Shown here one piece after another: positions 50,615 through 60,449 of a stretch of DNA of 64,000 bases. The stretch covers positions 224,001 through 288,000 of the forward strand of contig CAVPOM010000005.1 of assembly GCA_963707025.1 (NCBI GenBank), read 5' to 3'. This DNA is from an uncultured Verrucomicrobiae bacterium (lineage in GTDB: Bacteria > Verrucomicrobiota > Verrucomicrobiia > Limisphaerales > Palsa-1400). The stretch's first letter is position 1; each line of letters starts with the position of its first letter. The translations under genes were made by a program, and so were the position numbers. Below the pieces are notes generated by a model that saw only the letters and a list, made by a program, of their open reading frames with translations, was not told where the DNA came from and did no database searches.

Positions 50615-51043
50615 TTATTGAAAATGTATGGCTTCGCCTCTATACACTGCATCCTGTGACGGATTAGTAAAACCAAAGGCCCCGCTCTTCGCAGCAATAG
50701 CCATTCCTTCCTGCCCACCCACGACATCTCCTCGATAGAGGATTAGAGCGTCTGCCCCAAGGTCGGCTGCTCGATACAGGAAGGCTTTAATGAACGCTGC
50801 TTCTTCGCCCGCGTGCCCCTCGACCGTCATCAGCGCCAGAACATCATATTTGCCCTCGATTTCAGCTTGAGGCGTGCCGTAAGGGGTTTGACTTTGGATC
50901 AATTTCACAGTTCCGTAAGGCTTTTTCGGCAGTGGGTTTGCAAAGGTGAGAACCTTAGTCCGGTTATAGTGCGGTGTGGGTTCGGTACCACAACCGAGGA
51001 AAACCGATAGGACAGCCAAAAAAAGAAGGAATGTTTTTCTCAT
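50615..51043 (-). CDS. Putative lipoprotein
   Basis: MRKTFLLFLAVLSVFLGC lipobox; AADLGADALI motif. Confidence 0.75.
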   Translation of the reverse strand: MRKTFLLFLAVLSVFLGCGTEPTPHYNRTKVLTFANPLPKKPYGTVKLIQSQTPYGTPQAEIEGKYDVLALMTVEGHAGEEAAFIKAFLYRAADLGADALILYRGDVVGGQEGMAIAAKSGAFGFTNPSQDAVYRGEAIHFQ

Positions 51044-51440
51044 GGTTTCACTCTGGAATGCCCTATGGGCTTTGTCAATATCCATTGACACGACGCGCGA
51101 AGAAGTCGAGGTGATTGTGAAGTTCGTCGTCGCCTTGAAAGTGAAAGTGAAAGGGTCAAGCCCGGAATTCGGAATTATGGTTCGAGCAGATTGTCCGAGA
51201 AAAGCGACGAACCGGCACAAGCCCTCCCAGGTGGTGACGGCATTGCCGCCAGTGTTGCGAGGGCAGCCGGGGCTCAATCCTGGCAGCAATGACGGCACGA
51301 CCTAGCACTTGTCGGGGCTGGGTTTTCGCGTGTTGGCGTTCGGCTTGGCCCCCCTGCCTTGAGCAAGCCGAATGACGGCACGGGAAAACTCAGCGGGGAA
51401 ATCCCTTCCGGGTCTGTTTTGTCTCCCAAAAAGAAAGGCG

Positions 51441-51469
51441 TTGACATTACGAATACACTGTGTTAGGTT
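51441..51469 (+). promoter_or_regulatory. sigma70-type promoter, probably leaderless transcript
   Basis: TTGACA-N17-TAGGTT, with ATG 6 nt after the -10. Confidence 0.55.
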
Positions 51470-51475
51470 TGCATT

Positions 51476-52099
51476 ATGAATAAAGAGTTTCCGTATTTGA
51501 ATGTTCCGGCCAGCTTGAAACCGATTGTCGGTGTCCCTGATCCTGAGACGCGAATTTATCGGCGCGAAGGGAGCGATGAGGAGTCCGGCCCGTGGTTTGA
51601 TGCCCTTTGTGAGCATTTCCCCGGTGAGGGCTTTATTTCCCCCGGTGGCGTTGGGATGTACGCGCCCGTATCGCGGGCAGGGGTGTACAAAAGATTGAAA
51701 GAGGGCAACTTGACGGCGTTCTGTTTTCATGTCGTGAAGGCGGAGCGGTCGCTCTTCGGGTATCAAAAGAAGCTCAAAGAGCGCCCTTACGTTTATGTCG
51801 CGGTGAGCGAGTGCAAAGCCTGGGGCCAAGACCTGAGAGCGCGTCCAGATCGGAAAGAGGCGTATATCGAAGCTGCCGGGGGCGAGAAACCAGACGGGCA
51901 AGGTGAATTTCTGGACGAACCAAGAAAGGTCGCGGCGGCGGGAAAAATGAATCGAAAGGCTTTGAAGGAGATTGTCCGGGAAGTCTTCCAAGAAATGCTG
52001 GATGAGGATTTGCCGACATTTTCGCGGGCAAAAGCCCGGCGTGAGGTCGCGGCCAAAGCCAGGGCAAAACTGGACGGGAGGAACAAAAATGCAAAATGA
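51476..52099 (+). CDS. Putative DNA-binding protein of the element
   Basis: HTH-like VSRAGVYKRLKEGNL; first gene of the xis-int operon. Confidence 0.6.
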   Translation: MNKEFPYLNVPASLKPIVGVPDPETRIYRREGSDEESGPWFDALCEHFPGEGFISPGGVGMYAPVSRAGVYKRLKEGNLTAFCFHVVKAERSLFGYQKKLKERPYVYVAVSECKAWGQDLRARPDRKEAYIEAAGGEKPDGQGEFLDEPRKVAAAGKMNRKALKEIVREVFQEMLDEDLPTFSRAKARREVAAKARAKLDGRNKNAK

Positions 52100-52331
52100 A
52101 GTTGAAACGAAATCGGACCGGGTTATGAGATTGCCAGAGATTGCGGTGAGCCTGGGCGGTCTGCTTCGATTGAGGGTCGCTGCCGCGCGGCTGGGGGTAA
52201 GCGTTCGCACGGTTTACCGGATTATCGCGGAAGGCGGATTAAAGCTGGTGCATATCCGTGGATGCGCCTGCATCTCGGAAAACGAGTTGGTCAACTATAT
52301 TGAGCGAAACACACAAAGGAGAACGGCATGA
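52089..52331 (+). CDS. xis: Excisionase-like HTH protein
   Basis: AAARLGVSVRTVYRIIAEGGL; ATGA-coupled to int. Confidence 0.8.
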   Translation: MQNEVETKSDRVMRLPEIAVSLGGLLRLRVAAARLGVSVRTVYRIIAEGGLKLVHIRGCACISENELVNYIERNTQRRTA

Positions 52332-53612
52332 TTAACACCATTTTCAAACCCAGAGGTTCGCGGATATGGCGGTGGAAATTCCGGCAGTGCCCGGCAGACG
52401 GCAAAGTGCAAGACGTATCGCTCGGCACGTCTGACAAACAGGTGGCCGAAAAAATCAGGGGCGAGCGGTTGCGGGAAAAGGAGCATGAACGGGCCGGGTT
52501 TATCCCGCCAAAGGCCACAAGGGATGCGGCGCAACGCAATCTGGCGGACCATTTGCAAGACTTCCTGGGGGACATGCGGCGGCGCGGCAAGTCGGAAAAG
52601 TATCTGGCAAACCTTGAATTTCGGGTTGGCCAGGCTGACGGCGGATTGCGGCTGGAACACGGCAAAAGACGTGTCGGCGGATTCATTTCAAGCCTGGATG
52701 CGCGGGCGGCAGGAATTGAAGGACAAGACCGCAAACGACTATTTGGAAGCGGCACGGTGCTTTTTTAACTGGCTGGTGAAGCTCGGTCGCGTCGGTTCAA
52801 ACCCGCTGCTCTCGGTGGAAAAGGTGAAAACGAAGGGCGGCAAGGCGGATGAGGTTCGGGCATTCAGTGATGACGAAATGTTGCGACTGCTCGCGGTGGC
52901 TGGCGCTCGCAAGCCGGTTTATTTGATGGCGGTGCATACGGGTTTGCGGAGATCGGAACTGGCGGCGCTCAAGTGGGATGATTTGCACTTGGATGCGGTA
53001 ACACCCTTCGTCAAGGTTCGGGCGTCAACAACCAAGAATGGCAAACCGGCGGACATGCGTTTGCTGCCTGAACTGGCGGCGGCGCTCGGCGAATTCAAAA
53101 CCAGTGGGACGCCTGGCAATGCGCTTGTTTTTACCGGCATTCCACGGATTGAGAGGTTTTACAGGGATTTGAAGAAGGCCGGGATTCCGCCCCAGGATGC
53201 ACATGGACGCAAGGCGGTGTTTCATTCGCTGCGTCATACCTTCGGGACCAACTTGGCGCGGGGCGGGGTCGCCAGCCGTGTTGCAATGGCATTGATGCGG
53301 CACAGTGACCGGCGGCTGACCGATAAAATTTACACTGACGAAAACTTGCTCGGCACTTGGTCGGCATTCGACAGTCTGCCCAACTATGAAGAGCGAGCCT
53401 CACAAATAGCCTCACAGATTTTAGTCGCGGCGGGTCAGAACGTGTCACAGACTGTCGCAACGGGCGGCGGGTTGGACAGCAATAAAACCCTTGTGAACAA
53501 AGGGGAATGTCACGTTTTGACACTACCTGTCACAACGGGTCACGCAATGGAGAATGGCGGGAGTGGCGGGGCTCGAACCCGTAACCTCTGCCGTGACAGG
53601 GCAGCGCTCTAA
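52328..53612 (+). CDS. int: Tyrosine integrase (apparent +1 frameshift near 52632); frame runs through att into the antisense tRNA
   Basis: HTGLRRSEL, TKNG, FHSLRHTF, MRHSD, IY catalytic set; arm-binding N-terminus in ORF 52328. Confidence 0.92.
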
Positions 53613-53631
53613 CCAATTGAGCTACACCCCC
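53555..53631 (-). tRNA. trnD: tRNA-Asp (GTC)
   Basis: 77 nt; GGGGGTG/CACTCCC acceptor stem, anticodon loop ctGTCac, TTCGA, encoded CCA; TTGACG-N17-TAATTT promoter at 53646-53674. Confidence 0.97.
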
Positions 53632-54103
53632 GGAGGGGATGTGTTAAATTAGTGAATCCTCCCCTCTTCGTCAACGTTCAACCGAAGAAAAAAAAGTTCG
53701 GGCAGCAGACGCCAAGGAGGTGGGGGTGGGGAACCCCGCTGAAGAAACGTACCGCTACCCGAACCTAAATCCTAAATCATTTTAGGACTTTGCCGCGATT
53801 TGTCAATGGCTAATTCAATCAGGAAAAACGCCGCCCTGGCGTAGGGGATTCCCTGACACCGCCCCGGAATGGTTCACCGCGGCTGTCTCCCATTTCGTTC
53901 CCTTGCATTTTGCATTCTTCATTTTGCATTTTTGCCTGCTCACCCCGGCCCGCCCCTCCTGCATCACCTTGCTCCGTTCACTCTTCGCCATTCCTTCAGA
54001 ATGCGAATTTCCCGCCGCGGGAATGGAATTTTTTGGCCGAGCCCGGCATTGACTTTTATCCAAAAGCAATTCTACTGGCGGGGAAATGTTCTTCCCGTGA
54101 TTG

Positions 54104-55210
54104 ATGAAACCGCCGCTTGATTTGACGAACTTAAAAGTTTTCCCCCTCGCCCAGCGCGTCAGCGAGGCGCGGCTGGAGGATATCCTGGTGGCGCCGGATT
54201 CAAATCCCCCGCCCTGCTCTGCCCGGAACCGGGTTCTGATCCGGCACTGCGCCCGGCGCCTCGCGCAAGCCCGCCAGCGCCAGGCCGCCGTCATGCTCAT
54301 CTACGGCGCGCACCTCATCAAAAACGGGGCCGCCGCCATTTTGATCCGCCTTTTGCAAGGCGGCTGGATCACCCATCTGGCCACCAACGGCGCGGGCGTC
54401 ATCCACGACTGGGAGTTTTCCTTCCTCGGGCGTTCCACCGAGAGCGTCAAGAAAAACGTCGCGGCCGGCACGTTTGGCGCCTGGCAGGAAACCGGCCGCA
54501 ACCTGCACCTCGCCCTGCTCGGCGGCGCGCTGGAGGGGCGCGGTTTTGGCAGTTCCGTTGGCCAATTCGTGGCCCACGACGGCCTGACCCTTCCCTCCCG
54601 GGCCTCGCTGGAAGCCGCCCTGCGCTCCGAACCGTCCCATCCCCTGGCCCCCGCCCGCGCCGACTTGCTCCAAGCCATGCGCGTTCACCGCCTGGCCGCC
54701 GGACGGCACGAGGTCAAACATCCCTGGAAACAAACCTGCGTCCCGGCACAATGCTTCCGGCAAGACATTCCCCTCACCGTTCATCCCGGCATCGGCTACG
54801 ACATCCTGGCCAACCATCCCATGTTCAACGGCGCCGCCCTCGGACGGGCCGCTGAAACCGATTTCCGCTCCTTTGTCACCTCCGTGGACGGGCTGGAGGA
54901 TGGAGTGGTGCTTTCCGTCGGCTCGGCCATCATGGGTCCGCAGGTCTTTGAAAAGAGCCTCAGTTGCGTCAACAATTTGCGCCTGCAAGCCTGCCGCCCG
55001 ATCATCCGGGGCCACACCATCTATGTGGTGGATTTACAGGACGGCGGCCACTGGGACTGGACCCGGGGCGAACCGGCCAAGGACAATCCGGCCTACTATT
55101 TGCGCTTCTGCAAAAGCTACTCCCGGATGGGCGGCGGCATGGTCTATTTGCAATGCGACAATCTGGCCTTCGTCCATCGCCTCCTGCGGGAATTGGAAAA
55201 GCCCGGCTGA
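54104..55210 (+). CDS. Conserved hypothetical protein, possible deoxyhypusine-synthase-like fold
   Basis: GAHLIKNG, LATNGAGVIHDWE, TVHPGIGYDI, GSAIMGPQVFEK. Confidence 0.6.
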   Translation: MKPPLDLTNLKVFPLAQRVSEARLEDILVAPDSNPPPCSARNRVLIRHCARRLAQARQRQAAVMLIYGAHLIKNGAAAILIRLLQGGWITHLATNGAGVIHDWEFSFLGRSTESVKKNVAAGTFGAWQETGRNLHLALLGGALEGRGFGSSVGQFVAHDGLTLPSRASLEAALRSEPSHPLAPARADLLQAMRVHRLAAGRHEVKHPWKQTCVPAQCFRQDIPLTVHPGIGYDILANHPMFNGAALGRAAETDFRSFVTSVDGLEDGVVLSVGSAIMGPQVFEKSLSCVNNLRLQACRPIIRGHTIYVVDLQDGGHWDWTRGEPAKDNPAYYLRFCKSYSRMGGGMVYLQCDNLAFVHRLLRELEKPG

Positions 55211-55363
55211 ACCTGATGCCTCAGCCATGGGTGGCCCTGCCAGCCATAATTGGAAGATACAAATTGGGGGGTGCGCGGTGTCTATATAGTGAAAAACGAA
55301 GCTGGCGGTACCGGCGGAGCGCCGGTAACGTCAAGTTTCATGCGCAGGAAAGAATCTGATATT

Positions 55364-55795
55364 ATGAAACAGATTGACTCTTTGGAGCAGGAGATGAGGC
55401 AGTGGCGGCCACGGAAACCGTCGGAGCGGCTGGCGCGGCGGTTGTTCGGCCGGGCGGAACTGGCGCCGGGCACGCTACGGCGGACGCAGTTCTGGAACTG
55501 GTTGACGCCGGTGGCGGCTTGCGCGCTGACGCTTTTGGTGGCGGTGGGGAGCGCCAATTATCGCGATAAATCGGGGGCAGGGGAAGGCGGGGGACTGGTT
55601 TTTGCCGGCTTGATGGTTGATCCCGGGGCATCGAATTTGCCGCAGATGGTGCTGCTCAACGAAATGGATGAGAATGTGCAATGGAATGCGTGCCCGAAGC
55701 TGGCGCCGCCGGCGGGCGCCAAAATCGTCGGGGAATCGTCTGCGCCGGCCGGAGCGCGGCGGGCGGCAGCCACGAATTTGAACCGGAATTTTTAG
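55364..55795 (+). CDS. Anti-sigma-like single-pass membrane protein
   Basis: LEQEMRQWRPRKPS..L..RLF N-terminus plus one TM helix. Confidence 0.55.
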   Translation: MKQIDSLEQEMRQWRPRKPSERLARRLFGRAELAPGTLRRTQFWNWLTPVAACALTLLVAVGSANYRDKSGAGEGGGLVFAGLMVDPGASNLPQMVLLNEMDENVQWNACPKLAPPAGAKIVGESSAPAGARRAAATNLNRNF

Positions 55796-55798
55796 AGA

Positions 55799-58700
55799 AT
55801 GAATCCTGAACCGCCGCAAAAACCGGCCTCGCCCAAGCCGCCCTTGCCCCTGACAAAGTGCCCGCGGCCCGGCCGGCGACCGCCGCCAAGCCGGGCGGCC
55901 AAGCCTTTGTCCAAAGCGGCGCCCGCGCCGGTCAAGGTGCCGCCGCTGTTCCGGAGGATTGACTGGCTGGCGCTGCTGATTTGCTTCGCAGTGGTGGAGA
56001 CGATTTACCTTTCCACCTTGTCGCCGGAAGTGACGCTGGAGGACTCCGGCGAGCTGGTGACCGGCGCGTTCTGGGCCGGCATTCCGCATCCGCCGGGCTA
56101 TCCGTTTTGGGCGATCTATTCCTGGCTCTGGACGCAACTGGTTCCGTTCGGCAATGTGGCCTGGCGGGTGGAATTGGGGCAGGCGGCGGCCATGGGCATG
56201 GGCTGCTCGTTGATCGCGATGATGGTGTCGCGGGGGAGCAGCATGCTGATGGAGGGCATCGAGGAATTGAAGGGAGTGGTGGGGAAATGGGAAAACGGGA
56301 TTTGTGTGGTGTGCGGGGTGACGGCGGGGCTGCTGATGGCGCTGGATAATTCGATGTGGTACGAGTCGGTGGCCATCAACCGGATTTCGGAGTTCGGGGT
56401 GCCGTGGCTGCTGCTGCTGTTGCTGTGCATGTTGCGGTGGATTTACGCGCCGCACCAGCGGGGGTATTTGTATTGCGCATTTTTTTTGATGGGAATTCTC
56501 TCCACGATTCATCAAACGCTGACCATGGCGGTGATGGGGATAGAGATTGGCATTGCCTTTACGCAGCCCAAATTGGGGCGCGATTTGTTTTTGATCAACA
56601 CCCTGTTCTGGCTGACCGGGTTGATGATGTTCGATTTTACCAACCCCGTGGTGGAGGGCATTTTCAATGTGATCGGCATCGCCTCGCTCCTCGCCTGTGT
56701 CTGGATGACGGTCCGCACCATGGGGCTGTTGACGGAATGGAAGGCGTGCTCGTTCATCATTTTGCTGACGGTGGCGGGGGCGTCCTTTTACTTCTACGAG
56801 GCGATAGCGGGCATGACCAATCCGCCGATGGAATGGGGCTATCCGCGCACGGTGGAGGGCTTTTTCCACGCCCTGCAGCGCGGCCAGTATGAGAAGCTTA
56901 ATCCGACCAACATCATCACTGACCCGCTGGCGTTTCTGCAACAACTCTGGCTGCTGGCCAAGGGCGTGGTGGACGCCTTCAACCTGGTCTATGTGTTTTT
57001 TGCGCTGCTGCCGTTTTTGTTCTTCCGCAAGATGCAGCGACGGGAACGGAACTGGCTGATAACGGTGGCGGCGATCTATCCGTTTCTGGGGGTGTTGCTG
57101 ACGATCTTTCTCAATCCCAAGCAGGACCGGCAGTCGGTGGAATTGCTGCGGGTGTTTTTTGCCGCCTCGCACGGGGTGGTGGCGATCTTCATCGGCTACG
57201 GGCTGGCCTTGACGGCCGCGTATATGGCCACGCATTATCAAAGATTCCGGCGCTGGGGATGGGTGGGCGGGGCGCTGGCGCTGGCGCTGGCGTGTTTCAG
57301 CCTGTGGGACACCGCCGGGAAACTTTATTTGGGGCTGGACGGGGTGGCGAACCTCAAAGATTTGCCGGGCTGGGTGGCCAAGGCCTTCGAGCCGCAGCAA
57401 TACGGCCTGCCGATTTACGCCGGCTTGATTCTGCTGGCGCTGCCGCTCCTCTTTCTCGTGGCCCTGGCCGTTTACCGCTCGCGGGCGCCGCTGCTGGTGA
57501 CGCTGGGCTTGTTTGCCGTGATGCCGGTCTGTTCCGGCTTGTCCCATTGGTATCACAGCGAGCAGGGGGGGCACTGGTTTGGTTATTGGTTCGGGCACGA
57601 TATGTTCACCCCGCCCTTCAAGGGGCCGGACGGCAAGCTGAGCTACGACGCGGCTTTGCGGGACAAGGCCATGAAGGGGACCAACGGGAACCTGATTTAT
57701 CCGGAAATGGCGCCGGACACGGTGTTGTACGGCGGGACGGACCCGGGGCGGTTTTGCCCGACTTACATGATCTACTGCGAGAGCTTCATTCCGCCCTCCT
57801 GCCAGCCGGAGCAAGACCAGAAGTTCAGCCGCCGGGATGTGTATTTGATCACGCAGAACGCGGTGGCGGACCCGACCTACCTGGACTACATCCGCGCGCA
57901 ATACAACCGGAGCACGCAGTATGATCAGCCGTTTTTTCAAATGCTGCTGCCCACCAAGTTTCCGGCCTATTTTCACGAACCGACCGGCAGACCGATTTCG
58001 TGGCTGGACGATATTTTTGAGAGCATCGGGGCCAGGATCGAATGGCGGCGGCGGACCGGGACCTCCTGGTTCAAGGAGGACCAATTCAAAGACGTGACAA
58101 AACTGGCGGCCCAGTTGTGTCCGCACGGCGGCCAGGATGAGTTGTCCAAGTTTCTTTATGGGAAGTTGAGCCAGCAGACGCAGGGATTGGTCTCGGGCCA
58201 GGCGGACAAGGCGGCGCTCGCGCGGGCGCTGGCGGGCGATTTCAACCGCCTTTTGAACCTGACCAACAACACGGCCGACGGGCCGGTGATTTATGCGCCA
58301 GCCCGGTTCCAGAACATCAAACTGCCGCCGTTGATCGAGAAGGCGGTGAAGAATTGGGATGACCAAACGGCCAGCACCAAGGTGCGCCTGAACCGGCGGA
58401 TGCTGGAGGAGGCTTACCCGGAGGAGATCGTGAAAAGTCTGGGCGGGGTCTATCCGGACACGGAAATCCAGGAGCCGGGCAAGACGGACTCGGAGCAGGC
58501 CTATCGCGACTATCAGGACGACGCGCACCGGCGGATCGAGCATGACGCCAAGTTTCCAAACGAACCCAAGCAGGTGCGGCCGGACGAGAGCATGATCATC
58601 ACCAAGGACGGGCAGATGCAACTGACCGGCCAGGGGGGGGTGTTCAGGATCAACGGCGCGCTGACCCAGTGGATCTTCGACCGGAACCCGGACCACGAGT

Positions 58701-59740
58701 TTTACGTCGAGGAAAGTTTTCCGCTGGATTGGATGTATCCGTATCTGACCCCTTTCGGCATCATCATGAAAGTCAACCGCCAGCCGGTGCCGGAAATCAC
58801 TCCGGAGATGATGGCCCGGGACCACCAGTTCTGGAGCGATTATTCGGAGCGCACCATCGGGAATTGGATCACTTACGACACCTCGGTCAAGGAGATTTGT
58901 GATTTTTGCGAGAAGGTCTATGTGACCCATGATTACAGCGAATTTAAAGGCGATCCGAAATTCGTGCGGGACGAGGACGCGCAGAAGTCGTTTTCCAAGT
59001 TGCGCAACGCCATCGGCTGCAGCATTTACCAGTGGCGGGCGGGACTGCTGGGAGGCAGCGCGCCCCCTCCTCCGCCGCTGAGCCAGGCGGCCAGGCAGCA
59101 GATCACCAGGGAGGCGGAATTCGCCCTCAAGCAGTCCTTTGCCTATTGCCCGTTCAGCCCGGAACCAATTGTCCATTTGATGAATTTATATCAAGTCCAG
59201 AACCGATGGGAGGACACCCGGCTGCTCCTCAAGACGGCGCAGAAGCTGGATCCACACAGCGACCAGATCAAGTATTGGCTGGACATCACGGAAAGGGCCA
59301 TTGCCGACCAGCACACCCTGACCGGGCAACACTTGGCCCGGGTGCAACAGCTCCTGCAAGCGGGCAAGAGCGGCGAGGCCGAGACGTTGCTGGATATGAT
59401 GGCGCAAGAACCGCGCGCCGACGCCGACACGCTGCTCAAGGCGGCGATGTCTTATGTGGCCCTGGGCAAACCGGGCAAAGGCGCGGCGGCCGTGCATCGG
59501 TTGACCGAGCAGAACCCGAACAATTGGGAGTTGTGGTTTTATCTGGCGCGCATGCAGGCCCTGGATGGCAAGGCGGGCGAGGCGGCCACCGCCCTGGGCA
59601 AGGCCTTCGCCCTCAATTCTTCCGACCGCCTGACCAATCAACCAACCGCCAACCTGCACGACTTTGTGCGCCAGGACAAGAGTTTTGACCCGATTCGCCA
59701 GACGCCGGAGTATCAAAAGGCCATGGAAAACAAAAAGTAG
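55799..59740 (+). CDS. DUF2723/TMEM260-like GT-C glycosyltransferase with C-terminal TPRs, copy 1
   Basis: TLSPEVTLEDSGEL...GIPHPPGYP; many TM helices; GGTDPGRF; TPR-like end. Confidence 0.85.
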   Translation: MNPEPPQKPASPKPPLPLTKCPRPGRRPPPSRAAKPLSKAAPAPVKVPPLFRRIDWLALLICFAVVETIYLSTLSPEVTLEDSGELVTGAFWAGIPHPPGYPFWAIYSWLWTQLVPFGNVAWRVELGQAAAMGMGCSLIAMMVSRGSSMLMEGIEELKGVVGKWENGICVVCGVTAGLLMALDNSMWYESVAINRISEFGVPWLLLLLLCMLRWIYAPHQRGYLYCAFFLMGILSTIHQTLTMAVMGIEIGIAFTQPKLGRDLFLINTLFWLTGLMMFDFTNPVVEGIFNVIGIASLLACVWMTVRTMGLLTEWKACSFIILLTVAGASFYFYEAIAGMTNPPMEWGYPRTVEGFFHALQRGQYEKLNPTNIITDPLAFLQQLWLLAKGVVDAFNLVYVFFALLPFLFFRKMQRRERNWLITVAAIYPFLGVLLTIFLNPKQDRQSVELLRVFFAASHGVVAIFIGYGLALTAAYMATHYQRFRRWGWVGGALALALACFSLWDTAGKLYLGLDGVANLKDLPGWVAKAFEPQQYGLPIYAGLILLALPLLFLVALAVYRSRAPLLVTLGLFAVMPVCSGLSHWYHSEQGGHWFGYWFGHDMFTPPFKGPDGKLSYDAALRDKAMKGTNGNLIYPEMAPDTVLYGGTDPGRFCPTYMIYCESFIPPSCQPEQDQKFSRRDVYLITQNAVADPTYLDYIRAQYNRSTQYDQPFFQMLLPTKFPAYFHEPTGRPISWLDDIFESIGARIEWRRRTGTSWFKEDQFKDVTKLAAQLCPHGGQDELSKFLYGKLSQQTQGLVSGQADKAALARALAGDFNRLLNLTNNTADGPVIYAPARFQNIKLPPLIEKAVKNWDDQTASTKVRLNRRMLEEAYPEEIVKSLGGVYPDTEIQEPGKTDSEQAYRDYQDDAHRRIEHDAKFPNEPKQVRPDESMIITKDGQMQLTGQGGVFRINGALTQWIFDRNPDHEFYVEESFPLDWMYPYLTPFGIIMKVNRQPVPEITPEMMARDHQFWSDYSERTIGNWITYDTSVKEICDFCEKVYVTHDYSEFKGDPKFVRDEDAQKSFSKLRNAIGCSIYQWRAGLLGGSAPPPPPLSQAARQQITREAEFALKQSFAYCPFSPEPIVHLMNLYQVQNRWEDTRLLLKTAQKLDPHSDQIKYWLDITERAIADQHTLTGQHLARVQQLLQAGKSGEAETLLDMMAQEPRADADTLLKAAMSYVALGKPGKGAAAVHRLTEQNPNNWELWFYLARMQALDGKAGEAATALGKAFALNSSDRLTNQPTANLHDFVRQDKSFDPIRQTPEYQKAMENKK

Positions 59741-59770
59741 GACTAAATGGGCTTGACGGCAAGGCAGGCA

Positions 59771-59826
59771 GGTAGGGCGGGCAGTCCTCTGCCCGCCGCG
59801 GCGCGCACGGGAGTGTGCGCCCTACC
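59771..59826. repeat. GTAG-type REP palindrome
   Basis: ggtagggcg...cgccctacc with an internal hairpin, just after a stop codon. Confidence 0.75.
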
Positions 59827-59837
59827 AGTCAAAACTG

Positions 59838-60449
59838 ATGCGGTGGAATTTGGAATTGGGGATTAAGATTACGATTAAGATTAGGAGTTTGAGTTTGAAA
59901 ATTGACGAGGCCAATGGTCATTGGTGCCAGCCGCTCTATGAGAGCAAGGCGGCGGGGCTGATCTTGTACGGACGGGCCTTGGGCCTCAGTCATGGCGAGG
60001 CGGAGGATGTTTTGCAGGAATCCTTCCTGTCCCTTTTGCAACTGGAGCGCCGGCCGGATGAGCCGGAGCATTATGCGCTGCGGACTTTTCGCAATCGCGC
60101 CTTGAATTATCGCCGGAGCCTGTGGCGGCGGTGGACGCGGGAATTGGAATCGCGCCGCTGGTTCGAGCAGGAAACCGGGGAGAGCGAGGCGGAGCGGCAG
60201 GCCATGAAGGCCCTGGCCGCCCTGCCCCGCGAACAACGGGAGGTCATTGTTTTGAAGATTTGGAACGGCCTGACTTTTGAGGCGATTGGCCGGCTCTTTG
60301 ATATGTCGCCCAACACGGCGGCTGGACGTTACCGCTACGGGCTGAACAAGTTGAGAGCTTGTTTGCAGGAAGGGGAAAGCTCGGTGACGGCGCTGGTCTG
60401 CGGCGGCCACAGACCGCCGCTGCAGGAAGCCGGGATTTTTGAACGATGA
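59838..60449 (+). CDS. ECF sigma factor (start uncertain, probably near 59895)
   Basis: EAEDVLQESF, RNRALN, LPREQREVIVLKIWNGLTFEAIG, GRYRYGL. Confidence 0.9.
   Translation: MRWNLELGIKITIKIRSLSLKIDEANGHWCQPLYESKAAGLILYGRALGLSHGEAEDVLQESFLSLLQLERRPDEPEHYALRTFRNRALNYRRSLWRRWTRELESRRWFEQETGESEAERQAMKALAALPREQREVIVLKIWNGLTFEAIGRLFDMSPNTAAGRYRYGLNKLRACLQEGESSVTALVCGGHRPPLQEAGIFER

Larger units (their letters stand above)
46108..53579. mobile_element. 7.4-kb tRNA-Asp-integrated element (int, xis, Rep remnant, TA, cargo)
   Basis: Flanking att repeats; integrase adjacent to the tRNA; paired (G/C)CCTCACA arm-like repeats at both ends (46172-46193, 53397-53418). Confidence 0.9.

Noticed and set aside
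51200..51420. Possible single-strand origin or oriT (aatgacggcacg twice)
   Set aside because: Only a 12-bp repeat and weak hairpins; not enough to call
46108..53579. Prophage
   Set aside because: No capsid, terminase, tail or filamentous-phage assembly genes
53905..53935. Heptamer repeat ttgcatt, and hexamers gattaa/gattac at 59861-59885
   Set aside because: Short intergenic simple repeats with no evidence of function
55475..59176. 1233-aa minus-strand ORF
   Set aside because: Codon-for-codon antisense shadow of the GC-rich DUF2723 gene, with no recognisable motifs
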